Source: Psammoneis japonica (taxonomy: Eukaryota). Taken from it: a stretch of 26,105 nt of DNA. The stretch lies in contig QPGO01000185.1 of NCBI GenBank assembly GCA_008632985.1, forward strand, positions 124,001-150,105. Reading direction: 5' to 3'. Both the position numbers and the translations under genes were made by a program. Shown here in pieces: positions 12,578 to 24,890 of the stretch. Numbering within the stretch: the first letter of the stretch is position 1; every line of letters begins with the position of its first letter. The notes under the pieces are model-generated. The model was not told the DNA's origin and searched no databases. It saw only the letters and a program-made list of their open reading frames with translations.

Positions 12578-14835
12578 ATGACGCCCATGAAGGCTGCTCG
12601 TGGCGCTGTTTTTCCTACTTATGACGAAGGAGAGACCGAGGACGATAAAGTAGAGTCCTTATCGCCACCTCGGACAAGCAGTAAGCTCCACCTCAGCAGT
12701 CGCTTGTTTGACGACGATTTTGAAGCTGAAGGCGAAGCACACCGTCGCTTCAAGCACAAGCTCAACAAAGACGATAGCTTCATCAGTGACATCAGTGGCG
12801 ACAGTTCTCCGGTATTGCGTACAGTTGATATGAACATAACGACCTCTCCATCGTCTCACAGTCGCAAGCGTCCGAGCGATCAGCGGCCTGCGGGGCGAGA
12901 AGATACCGGTATGTTTGATGATGATGACGACGGTATGTTTCTTGCATCGCCTCGCAGCTCCCAATCAGGGAGCTCTCCGACCTTTCGTACTCTCGATGGC
13001 AGGACAGTCACCTCCAAGAACCCCTTTTCGCCGTATACGCCCATGACGGAAGAGGAGACGGCCACTTCAGAGCAGATCGTGATTCAAGATGCTGCACCGT
13101 CCTTCCCACTTTCGTTCTACAGCAGGAACAACGCTCTTCGTTTGATTATAGCGATGTATCCGACTCAAGCAAGAGCACCTCGCTCAGTAGGAAGCCCGCT
13201 GCTGCACCTCGACAGTCCAAAATACATCTGCAGAGACGCGAATCAAAGCCTAGCGTGACGTGGGGAAAGAGCTCGACTGAACCTCACGGATATCCTGCTC
13301 GCCATGGTCAGTACTCCTTTACAGGCTCTCCCATTGAAGAAATTGATATTGCCGAAAAGGACTGTACCTCTGGTATGGGTCGCAAGATTCGCAAACTCTG
13401 CCTTGAAGACCGACCCACCGCCAAGGCTGAATCGGAACGTCCTGTGCAGCTCTTTGTGGACACCGATGAAAAGTCTTTTAAGGAGGATGAAATCAGCCCG
13501 ACTGACGTTTTGAGCTTCCCAGCTTCTCCGTCACAAATTAAACGGGCAAACCGATACACTCCAGTACGTCCACAACAGCCCGAGACGCCAATGACGAAAC
13601 GACGGGGTCTTGCTCGTGCTTCCTCGTCCTTTGATGACGATGATAGCAAGACGTCCTTTTCTCAACAGAAATCAAGGTTCGGGGAGGACTTTGATGTCAT
13701 TAGCCAGCTCGGAAATGGATCGTTTGGAACTGTCTACAAGTGTCTCTCGAGATTGGACGGCTGCATGTACGCTGTCAAGGCGGCAAAAAGGAAAGCCAAG
13801 GGTAAATCTGATCGAGACAGAATGCTAAAAGAAGTAAGTACTCCTCGCGAGTGGCCCGAAACAAGAGTATTCGTTACTGGTAACGTTCTCACGTTTGCGT
13901 TCTTTTGAACCACAGGTTTATGCTCTTGCGGCCTTGTCTGACCAAGCCGACACAGCCGCGTTCCATATTGTTCGGTACCATCAGGCTTGGATGGAGGAGA
14001 ATCGATTGTACATTCAGACCGAGCTCTGCACATCCACCCTCTTTGCTGAAATGAATCGTGGCGTCATGGACGAAGAACGTCGTTATAAGCTACTCCGTGA
14101 GATGTTGCTTGCCTTGGAGCTCATTCATAAGAATGGAATGGTTCATTTGGATATCAAAGTAAGTTTGCATACGCCAGCGGTTTAGTCAGGACCACTCTTA
14201 ACGTTGTATTGCTCACCGCGCCGCTCCATCGTTGTTCCTTTCTGTAGCCTGAGAACATCTTCATAAAGACCGATCAATTTAAGCTAGGGGACTTCGGATT
14301 AGTGAGCACAATATCGAATCGCGACGTCGAGGAAGGCGACTCCCGATACATGAGTATGGAATTGCTTTCTGGAGATACTAACGACCTTACGAAGGTACTA
14401 TAAAACTCTCTTGTCGCTCTCTTGATTTGCACGGATTGAACTCACGCATTCCTTCTCCCGTTTACACAGAGTGACGTGTTTTCCTTGGGTGTGACTCTAT
14501 ACGAGATTTGCATTGGCAGACCTCTCCCAATGGACGGGCAAGAATGGCAGGACATTCGCGCTGGCGTTTTCTCCCCTTTTCAAAACACACCCAAGGAAAT
14601 GGAAGCTATCGTCAAGCATATGATGAGTCCGGAGCCGAATGCTCGGCCCAGTGCTTCGGCTCTTCTGAAGCGAAGGCAGTTGCTGAGCAAGGAACAAAAG
14701 CAACTTATGGAAGAACGAAGCAAAGTTCTGGAGGCTAATCGGGCGCTGGCTCTGCAAACTCAAATGATGCAGAAAGTCCCTGCGCCAGGCAAAGGTCGGC
14801 TGATGCGTGCCAATACTTGGAACGGGACATTCTAA
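12578..14835 (+). CDS. WEE1: Wee1-family protein kinase. Exons 12578-13833 (frame break near 13115), 13916-14158, 14248-14394, 14470-14835
   Basis: SRFGEDF, LGNGSFGTVYKCLSRLDGCMYAVK, VRYHQAWMEENRLYIQTELC, HLDIKPENIF, KLGDFG, the Wee1 signature EEGDSRYM, and SDVFSLG. N-terminus is S/P-rich with KNPFSP. Confidence 0.92.
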
Positions 14836-16680
14836 CTGATTATCGTACATATTTTACATAATTCCGTGTCGCACCGCTTTGTTCCTCCGAGCAGTAAAGC
14901 GAGGATCCGGTGCGCCAAAACAAGACACGGGGACTACACAATCTTAGCCGAAAGTTGATCGGTATCTTGCGTGAAACAATAACATGATCTTTGAAACTCT
15001 ATTTTTATCCATTATTCGTTACACATTCTCATTTGTGCTTGTAATGAAATAGATACCTTTGTACGAGCGGCATGAACAGATCGTCGAGGAGCGACGAAGG
15101 ACCAACCGACGGGATGTCCAATATCCAACACTGTGTTGACGACTCTCCCTACAGAAGCACTGTACTGCTCCTGTTATAGCACGCGCCTGAGACTTGATCG
15201 TACGACTACCTATCCCTGAAACATTGCACACCACATCGTTGAGACTTACAGGACATTGAGGCGCGAGCAGTAGAATGATCCACATTTCACGGCATTTCAC
15301 AATCACTTGGACGATTCTGCAGATGACGATTTCGAAGATGGTGTGACGGCTTTGTGACTGCATCTGTGATCGAGAGGCTAGAGTAGACTATTTGGCGGCG
15401 CTCTCTTGCCAGCAATTTCATGGCGCGGTGGGGACTGTCTCAAGAACTCAGCGGTGGGACCATCCCATTATTCTACGCATGCAACATTGTAGCTGCCGCC
15501 ATGAGACAATGTACAAAGTACAACATGTACTGTATTAGGGATTTCTAAAGCGCAAACACCTTTCGCACTAACAAGCCCAGCATGCTTTCGCTTTGTCACT
15601 GCAGTTGGCGTTTTTCTCGTGAACTAAAAAATCGAGATCGGCATTGTCGATTAAAGTCTTGTAGGTGCTAAAGGTGTCTACGAGTAGCAAATTAGAAACC
15701 CCAATAAGATGGAGGTTTGGCATGTTCAACAGTCGTACATTAGAAAACCCCCGTTGTCTATCTCTCTCTCTACTAGCTAGAGTAGAGGGCCCTAAAACCT
15801 ACACTAAAACCAACATCGCAGCCTGAAGCCTGCTACCGTACGTTAGAGTGACGAGTCCAACATAAAGACATTTTTTTTGAAAATCCAAAGGGAAGGTCCG
15901 GATTATCTCTATTTTCACAAAACTACAGTTACGAACAAACAAATAAAAAATGCGCTGCAGAATGACACATCATGATCTCCGCCTCGAACTGCCCCCGCCT
16001 TTGGAAGGCAGGAGGTAGGTAGGTGGCGACGATGGGTCGTCGTTCGGACGAGAGAAGAGAAAGGGTTGCAACTGGGCAACGGCCGATCAAATCAAAGCAC
16101 CGAAGCGGGAGGAAGATAAGATCGTATGTGCTGTATACGTATTCTTTACGGGACTATTCTGCTGGTAGTGAGCGACGCCACACCTTTTCGTGAAGCATGT
16201 TGTTCTGCACCGTGATCTTTCAGGGGAAAGCAAACAGAAAATCGAGATTGACCTACCTTCAGTACTACCGCTGTTTACTGTACTGTACACTTTGAACTTT
16301 TGGATACAGTATTCCAAAGGGACACTTGAGGGAAAAGCGCAATTAAGGTGAAGTCGGAATGTCGCATATTTCCGCGACGTCGTATCGCCGAGAATGACCT
16401 TTGCGATCGTATGTATTGCCTTCTTACTGCCCCTCTTTGTTAAAAATGCCGAAACCCCAAGAATGAATGGTGAGCAGAGGACGACGTTGCGCAGCGTGCG
16501 TCGTCGATTTACGGACAAAAACACGTATCGCGAAAAAATACTCGCCGTAGTTAGTTTTCTCATATTGTACCGGTAGTGTCATTACTCTCTACAAGTAGGA
16601 CTGAGCTGCTCGTAGCCAGGCGAGAATCACCTCTATCTCACCAGTCGAGTTGACAGTTGACAGTCCTAAGTGGTAGTAGC

Positions 16681-18482
16681 ATGAAGAGCCAAGAATCTCT
16701 AACTAGCAATGACAATCTAGTCCAGAACGAGCAGGAGCAGGATGATGGTGAGATTCGATGACGGACGAGGAGCAGCATGAGCAGGAAGCCACTGCTGCAC
16801 CCAGTCACACAGCCTACAATGAGTCATCATCAAGAGCAACCGTCATCGGCAGTCATCCTCCAAGCACAAGCATTTTCGCAAGCAGCAGTGATGAAAGTGA
16901 TGATGACAAGAAAACACCAGCAGCACCAGAGCAAGACGGCCGCCTGGAAGAACAGCAGCAGAACGATGACAGTGGTACCGATCCAAAAGATGCCGATGCA
17001 AAAAGATCACGGAGACTTGCCATGAATAGAGATCAGCACGAAGAAGAAGAAAAAGACAACGAGACCTTATCACGGATCTGCAAGAAACCCATTTGGAGCT
17101 CACTTCTGAAAACCGACTCCTTGGCAGAGAAAACGAGGAGCTAATACTGAACCGCGACCGTCTAGTAGCCCAACTAGCAGGAGATCAGGGAGCAGGACAA
17201 GGTACAGCAGATGGGGTGGCTGTGAGTCGTCCTGAAGTAGGTGCCCTTGCCGACTCCGGATCAGCCATACCGGGCTTAAGCCCATATGCTAGCACTGCCG
17301 CTCTGCTGACCAGACAGCCGCCGCTAGGACTTCTTGCTGACACCACTTCTACTCCACCACGATCCTCAATCTTCTCGAGACAAGAGCTCGCAGAACTTCA
17401 AATCCTTCGTGAAGCTGGAAACATGAACCGCTCACAAGAGACAGCAGGAATATTGCCGCCGTCAGTAGCAAGGATCACGAGAAATGCATTGTTGGGGCGA
17501 GCCACCCTACCTGCAGCATCAACTACTGTGGCACACCTTCTTTCCGGCGAACGAGGCGCTGCTCCGATAACTGCTGCCGATGCGGTCGCCACACCAACAG
17601 GCGCTGCGGAGAGGCGTCTTGTGCTTGAAAACCAAGCTCGACGGCGGCAACAGCGAGAGCTCGCCCTGGGCAATCCATTCGGAAACCCCCTTGGCGCGTT
17701 GGATGCTCACGAGGAATTTGCGCATAGACAGCGAAGGAAACTGAGAGAGCTCATTCGTCGTGAATACCGAGAGTCCTCAGGGAAAATGGGAGTGAGTGTA
17801 TTGAGTTGCATCACACGCAATAGCATTGAGTGTGATGCAAATACCACTAGCTGCCGTGCCATGGTGAATATCGGTTCATCGTGTTTTATCTTTCTCATGC
17901 GTGTTTTTCTCTGCGATTGTTTCTCCTTCACGTGCTTCGCTCTTAAAAGACCCGCAGGCCTCCTCCTACTGCTGGAAAATCCTCGGGCTATGATTTCCTC
18001 CAGAGACAACAGCAGGCTGCTCGTGTGCGCATGACCGAGGCAATTCATCGTGAACGACAAACAACGGCCTCGGCTACTAGTCCTACTTCGCAGGAGCGTC
18101 ATCAGCCGTCGCCTACTTCAAGCATTCGGAGAAGGAGTACACCAGATGGTGGGGAAGGAACCCTGCGAAGAGAGCAGCAGCAGGAATCTCACGAGGAGGG
18201 AGAATCCCCCGCTGATGAGCTTTGAGACGTCAGAAGGAGGCTCGTTTGAATGCTGCAAATCGTAGTGAACAACCAAGAACGGAGGCAGCGAAAGGTGTCG
18301 GATCGCAGGGGTGTGAGCCGTCGTCTACGTCGACAAATGCGAGGAGTGAGGTGCGGGATAGTCCTAAAGACGACCGTGTCCGTGACGGTCAATCGCAACC
18401 GCAACAAGGACTACCGGAAGCATATTCGTCGTCGGCTGCACAAGAAGAGAAGGAAGCAGATCTTGGAAAAGGTGATACATGA
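16681..18482 (+). CDS. bZIP transcription factor; as assembled it has three -1 frame breaks (~16755, ~17032, ~18221); intron 17792-17949
   Basis: Restoring one base at 17032 gives KRSRRLAMNRESARRRRKRQRDLITDLQETHLELTSENRLLGRENEELILNRDRL, a basic N-x7-R motif plus leucine heptads. The GTGAGT...AAAG intron is phase 0 and joins the frame of ORF 18025..18225. Confidence 0.8.
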
Positions 18483-19253
18483 ATCGAAAGTGCAGCGATT
18501 TGTTGGGATATGGGGACTGTGGAATGCAATAGCAACAAGCAATGATGTTGTACATACTGTACCCAGTGCCGCAAGGTGCGGCGTACGTGCGGCGAACCGG
18601 AGAAAAAGTGCGCCAACGTACTGTAACACGTAACGCACCCGCAAAGATCAACTAATGTAGCCCGAGGGTTTATCAGCGCTCCTGTGTAGGTACTACTTCT
18701 ACAGAGAGCTCCTATTAAAGAAAGTAGCTACAGTACCTCATAGGGCTACAGTAGGGCTACCTCTAGAGACTGGAGAGAAGATTGACGAGTCGTCGTCTGG
18801 GGGGGGGGGAGAATATTATGGAACTTGTTGTGTTGATGTGTTCATTGACGAGGAAAGACCAAGAAACGCAGTTGGATAGCTACTACCACTAGTAAAATCA
18901 AAGCTAGATATCATTTCCTACAACAGGACGCCACAAACAAGCAAAGCCAGGGCAGGACTGGCATATCGATCTCAAACGAGATGTATTTCCATTGATATTG
19001 CTGCCGTGTCCCTGAATGCAGTGTCTATCATTGATGTTGAATCTTGTAGTTGTATGAGCCAGAACCAGAGAAACAGTCCCAATTCCGCGTTTTTCAAGTT
19101 CAGTTTGCCCTGCCTTCTCCGTCATCTGTGATCCCTTGGTCGAAAAATGTCATGGACGACGTGGACGGGATGAATGGGCTCTCCTAGAAAAGTTGTTGGC
19201 TAGTCCAACGAAGCGCTGGCCGACACCATTGTTCCATACCATTCTCGTTTTGT

Positions 19254-22200
19254 TCATGTTTCTTCCTCGACAAGAAAACCTTTACACCGTTCCCGCTCTG
19301 TCAAATCGACGACTTCCAGCGCTCCATCAGTACCGCCCACTGCCAGGTAGTTTCCGCCCGATTCATCAAATGACGGCATCCATCTAACTCGTCGCATTGA
19401 GTTAGAACCCAGGTTTCGGCGCAGTTGTACCGAGCACACGATGCCTTGTCTCTGCCAGTTGTAATCCATCTCGTTTACTGCCCATCCCGACCGCAAGTAT
19501 CCCAAGTCTAGAACGGAGACAGTCCCATCACCAATAGCAACGGCCATAATTCCATCGCTATTCCAGTCAATATCATACACAACCCCAGCACGCGGAATTT
19601 CTAATACCGTTTCCCATGTTTCCTCTTGAGTTCGAACCTCAATCACAGTTACTTTCCGTCCTTCGCCACCGTATGCCAAGTATTGTAATCCATTTAGATC
19701 CATCGGTGCCCATGCAAGAGCTAGGCCAACTTCTTCGATCGGGAGTGAAAATATAATACGCCAATGACCAACTAAAACGTTGCTCGTGTCGTAGATGGTG
19801 AGAGTCTGATTTTCTCCTATTGTCGCCAACCAAGTTCCGTCAGGCGACCACGAGTTTGCGATAGTTCGACCATTTCTCCACTCTCGTACGCAAGAAAAAT
19901 CATCTGCAACATCGAGAATCCGAGTTGTGCTTCCGCCGACAGCTACAAAGTTGCTGTCTCCATCAATCGACAAAGACTGAATATCCTCTTGAAATCGAAT
20001 CACTTTGCGGACGGAAAATCCGAAAGTATTGGAAGGGCTCTCGCATGCATTCATAGGAGCGACTTTCCGAGAACAACGAGCGATCTTCTGCTGCAAACAA
20101 TTACAAATTCCCCACAGGTACTCCATTCGATAGATTGTGAGCCTCCCTCTGCTAGAACCATTTCGTAACAGGTATCAAATGTTGGTTCCGACATTCTGTA
20201 GAAGGAGACAATACCAGAGTCGTTTCCGACGGCAGCCACAAGCCGATCGGGAGAAAAAGCCACAGAGGAGATTGGTGCAGTGCTTCTTAGACAGAACCCA
20301 GTCATGAGGCGAGCATCAGTCGTTTCAATCGCCTGAACACTGTTATTCTGTCCGGTAAGAACCAAGAACTGGTCCTCAGGATGCCACCTAGCTGAAAGAG
20401 GGACCAAGCCTTTGAGCTCGACCTTCATTACAGCCTCCCAGTTTTCAAGTGCGGAAAGAATCGTCACCTCTGAAGCGACACCGCCGACGGCAATGTGTGA
20501 ACCAGAGTGCGACGAGCTGATGAATTGAACCCATCGCTCTCGTGGGATCCTCGCAATGATTTCCCAACAGGTGGTGTCCACCACAGTTACAGCCAAATCT
20601 TCCCCACCTGCGTACAAGCACTTCGCATCAGGTGACCATTCGACGGTGAGAACCGAATCTTCCAGCACAAACTTTGCAACTCGTGAAACAGCAGATGGGG
20701 TGTTCTGTGCTTCTTCGTAGCTATATACTGCTAGCTTTCCGCTTCGATCTCCAATTGCGATTAAATCTCCTCCCGGACTGAAGCAAACCGCGTTGGCCCA
20801 GTCAACGCGTGCAATTGTGTGCAGGATCTTGCTATCTATTCGTCGACCTCGACCAGGTGGATTACCACCATCGTCGTTCGTGGCGTCAACCTTGACGATT
20901 AAACATTTATCTTCTCGACTTCCGATTGCCAGTAGGTCTGAATTTGGTTTCCAATGAAGCGACCCTACAAATCCAGTCTCTTTTATCGTATGTACAACGG
21001 GATAGGGTTCGTAAGGCGCAAGAATTGACACGGTTTTCCCAGTTCCACCAACAGCAATAAAGTGCGAACCCCACGCAATGGCACGAATTGAGCCCATCGA
21101 ATCTTTCCTTGTCGTGCTATTGATTCGTCTATCGTACTTGACTCTCCAAACAGTTGAGCCCGACGTCTCGACAACAGCAAGGTGATGGTTCTCTGTTGCG
21201 ATTGCAAGGCACTTCCCATCGGGTGACCACGCCGTGCACCAAGTCCAATCACCCCGTACGATTTCGTGAACAATAATCGTTCGAGACTGTTCTAGCAGAT
21301 AGCCATCCCATTGATCCTGATTGTCTTCTTCTGCTTCATCATGGCACAGACAGGTACTTCTGCTCGCTGCGATATCCATGATGGCATTCGTGGATCAACA
21401 CTCGAGAACATGGCGTCGTTGGTTTGAGAACAACTCGGTGACTTGGTACTTCCAGTGAAAAAATTTGAAGCCTTGATGAGCATTCCTTCATAGTGGCCTG
21501 CACTTCCATCAGCCAAAGAGTCAACAATCGAATGCTCTGGCTGAACTGCAGTGCTTCCCCATATGTAACCGAGAAGGCCCGTTGGAGTATTGGGTGGATT
21601 TTGCCATTCTTTTTTGAACGTAGGCTCTATTCCATCAATCTTATTCAGCATCACATCTCTACTTATATTAGGCGAAGATGATAGCTTTGATGGAAGGTGA
21701 GCGACGGCCGTTTCAAAGTCGTCTGAGGAAATAATGCTGATGTTTGGAGACGTGAAATGCTCCTCCTCATCATCTTTCTCTGTCGGTTTTTCGCTCACAG
21801 TCGGACTTTCTTCTTGCTCACTTATCCCAGGAACCGACAGTACTTCGCCTGCGAGTTGCAAAACCTCATCAGTCGACCTCATTTCAGCATTATTGTTTGC
21901 TTTTTCTCGAAGGGCATCTTTAATAATTTTCTCTGTGCGTTTGTCTCGATAGCCTACCCGAGCGTCAGAGACTGATATAGCATTCCGAGCTTCCTGAATA
22001 ATTTCATCATATAACAGTTCCTGTGACTCCCATTCCGCTTCGTCTCCGCCCGCCTGCTGAGAAGTCGTATCGTTCTGGAAAGTTTCGTCATTATTTGCTT
22101 CCGTCATCGTCATAGGCTTTTGCACATCCGTTTGCCTCTCGTTCAGTTTTCTACTTTTCCCATCATCTTGTTCAATACGGTCTTCTACGTCAAACGAGTC

Positions 22201-22257
22201 GCATGATAGTGACAAAGATTTTATAAACCCCCCCAACCCAAAGAGGTCCGACGACAT
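19254..22257 (-). CDS. Large WD40-repeat protein with acidic low-complexity N-terminus; two -1 frame breaks (~21350, ~20065)
   Basis: ORFs 21292..22257, 20051..21379 and 19254..20126 overlap in successive frames. Many WD-like units: CTAWSPDGKCLAIA, AVCFSPGGDLIAIGD, VEWSPDAKCLYAGGED, SVAFSPD, SWSPDGTWLA. Confidence 0.8.
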
Positions 22258-22679
22258 GCTATCTCATGGCCATGTCCTAGCAAAGTGCGGAGTGCATTGG
22301 TGCGTTTGTCGGCGAGAGGGTGCGATCGGATTGTTGGTACAAATTTTACGTAGCATTCCACGTAACCTTACTGCACAAACCTTCATCCCCTTTCGACCCG
22401 TCCGTCGACCGTACTGTACATATTTTCCTTTGACTGGCATCGGCGCTCCTGGGAATTGCGGCTGAACTCATGAGCATTATTGACTCTAACTTGCATCTCA
22501 ACCATTACGATGAGAGGTGGAGTGAGCAAGTCCGGCACTCGATAGCTGAGAGGGCATAGGGCGACCCTAGTAGAGGGAGAGCATTTTCTAGTTTTCTAGC
22601 GCTAGCCGAGTACTTTTCCGGTATGTCAAATACGGCTGCTCTGTAGCTACTGGCATTTTGCAAATCGGTTCCCCTGACT

Positions 22680-23362
22680 TTAGCATGATTCAAGTTCTTT
22701 CATTATAGCCACGCCGTTCGATGTTCCTATTCGATTTGCACCCGCCGCTATCATGTTCTTGACATCAGCAAGGCTGCGAATACCTCCAGATGCCTTGACA
22801 CCTAATTTGCTTCCCATTGTCTCGCGCATCAATTGCACGTCCGCCGCTGTCGCTCCCGCAGATCCAAAGCCTGTGGATGTCTTGACGAAATCTACCCCGG
22901 CGTCTCGACAGATGTTACAGGCTTGGATCTTTTGTTCGTCAGTTAGGTAGCAAGTTTCCAAAATCACTTGCAAATCACACCACCAGTCCCGTCTTCTCCC
23001 TTGCACGCTTGAACCAATTGTTCGATCTCACTCCTGATGTAGTCGTGGTTGCCGTTCTGCAGTTCAAACACGTTGAGGACCATGTCGACTTCGGTAGCAC
23101 CGTGTTGAATTGCATCTTTGACTTCGTAGATCTTTACATTAGACGTACTCTGTCCTAACGGGAACCCAATGGCTGCCCCAACACGAACGTCAGTGCCTGC
23201 AAGTATCTCCGCACAGCGCTGGACTTGAGCGGGATTGACAGCTACCATGGCAAAGCCGTAGTGGGCAGCTTCTTGACAGAGTTGTTCAATATCTTTAGGT
23301 TCTCCGTGAGGTTTCAGATATGTATGGTCAATCATTTTGGCTAGAGTCTTTGGGTTCAGCAT
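22680..23362 (-). CDS. deoC: Deoxyribose-phosphate aldolase (DERA) domain, probably the C-terminal part of a PfkB-DeoC fusion; frame break at ~22968
   Basis: [36 protein letters not shown], Schiff-base [26 protein letters not shown]. Intronless. Confidence 0.92.
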
Positions 23363-24554
23363 AGCTTCAGGTGCGTCGGTCGTTGGAGTCCGCTCTGCAC
23401 ACGCTGGATAAAACTTTCCACCATTTCTTTGGTCGGAAGAGCGGGAATAGCACCGGGTTTGGTACAGGTGAGACCAGCAACGACATTCGCATAGTCCAAG
23501 GCATCTTGTACCACTGCTTTTCGATGGATTTGAAGGATCCACCGAGTCTTTGAAATTCTGGAAGCAGTCGTGATATCATGGCAGCCATAAATGAATCACC
23601 CGCACCCGTAGTTTCCACAACTTGGATATCCTTTAGCGCCGGGCTTTCAATGAGGAAGTCACCGGTGCAAGCCAACGCCCCTCCTTCTCCTCGGCTAAGT
23701 ACCACTAGCTCCACGCCCTGATCCAACACAGCCTGAATTCCTTTCTCAATGTCGTCGTGACCCGTCACAAAGCTAAATTCTTCTTCACTAATCTTTGCTA
23801 AACTGGCGTAACGAAATCCGTCAAAGATTGTGCGTCGCGCCGTGGCCTCATCTGGCCAAAGAGTCGGACGATAGTTGGGGTCGTATGTCACCATGAGATT
23901 TTTTTCTTTCGCTTGCTGCAAAAGTCTACGTTGTGCGGAAGCACCGGGTTCATCAATCAACGTGATGGATCCACAGTGAACACATTGAGCAGACTCAAAC
24001 ATGTCCATGGAAATTTCCGTCTCGAGCAACGATCGATCGGCGCCTCGATAAAAGCACATGTCTTTTCTACCATCGTCCCACACCGAAACAAAGACAATTG
24101 TTGTCTGTTCGTCATCATCGACGAGCAATCCTGAGGTATCGACGTGCGCTTGATTCAACGTTGTGCGCAACTTGACACCAAACGGATCGTTGCCGACTTT
24201 TCCAACAAAGGCACTCTGGAACGAGCCCAACCTTTGAACACCGACCGCCACATTAGCCGGAGCCCCACCTGGAGCACATGTAAAGGAGGACACGTCGGGA
24301 AGATTGACGTTGGATTCTTCAGCCACAAAATCAATCAAGAGTTCTCCAATGCAGACAACCTTTACAGCCTCTGATGAATCTTGCATTCGAAGAAGAAAAG
24401 CAGAATCCGAGTGTCGGAGGCAGTTACGACGAGAGAAGCGTGGCTGCTGGAAGCTATGGCATACAAAAGAAAGCGAAAGAATCAAGCTCCATAGCAGCCG
24501 AAGGAGCATCATTGAGGTGGATGAACCCGTCATCGTCATTCGGCGTCGTCGCAT
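23356..24554 (-). CDS. PfkB-family carbohydrate kinase (fructokinase-like) with bipartite plastid presequence; start probably 24512; frame break at ~23520
   Basis: CIGELLIDF, PGGAPANVA, VGKVGNDPFG, YDPNYRPTLW, KISEEE, VETTGAGDSF. After one restored base it continues DALDYANVVAGLTCTKPGAIPALPTKEMV. N-terminus MMLLRLLWSLILSLSFVCHS|FQQPRFSRR. Confidence 0.88.
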
Positions 24555-24890
24555 CGCCCATCATGGTGCTATTTCGTCTGATTTTGATTTTTTGTATTTT
24601 TTTAGACGACAAAAACGACATTTCCGTCGAAAAAAAGAAAACCAGGCAAAATACAATGGCTATCCAGCAGTTCCTCACATCCAGCCACGGTTACATAATA
24701 AGTAGGATTTGTACAGTAGAATTCGTTGAAACATACTGTACGACGTCAGCAAGAACATGTGTCTGGTATGCATCCTACATAACACATACAGTACATACTA
24801 CCGTAGGGCTATTGCACCCAATCGACGGACGCCTTCCGTTTTGTTTCGCGGTTCTCGCCATTAGCGAGCGGCGTAGCATCAGTCACTTTC

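Noticed and set aside
15019..15363. 114-aa minus ORF and short plus-strand frames downstream of Wee1
   Set aside because: No recognisable domain, no convincing splice structure, and plus frames are interrupted by stops.
16087..16563. 158-aa minus ORF upstream of the bZIP gene
   Set aside because: Composition looks non-coding and there are no motifs; likely promoter/intergenic.
18799..18809. G11 homopolymer
   Set aside because: Isolated simple run with no further structure.
1841..24554. puuE and pfkB-deoC as a nucleoside-catabolism cluster
   Set aside because: About 19 kb apart and separated by unrelated housekeeping genes; proximity is probably coincidental.
22680..24554. Bacterial contamination or chimeric contig
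   Set aside because: The gene carries a diatom-type plastid presequence, and its flanks have the same TAG/CTA intergenic style as the intron-containing genes.
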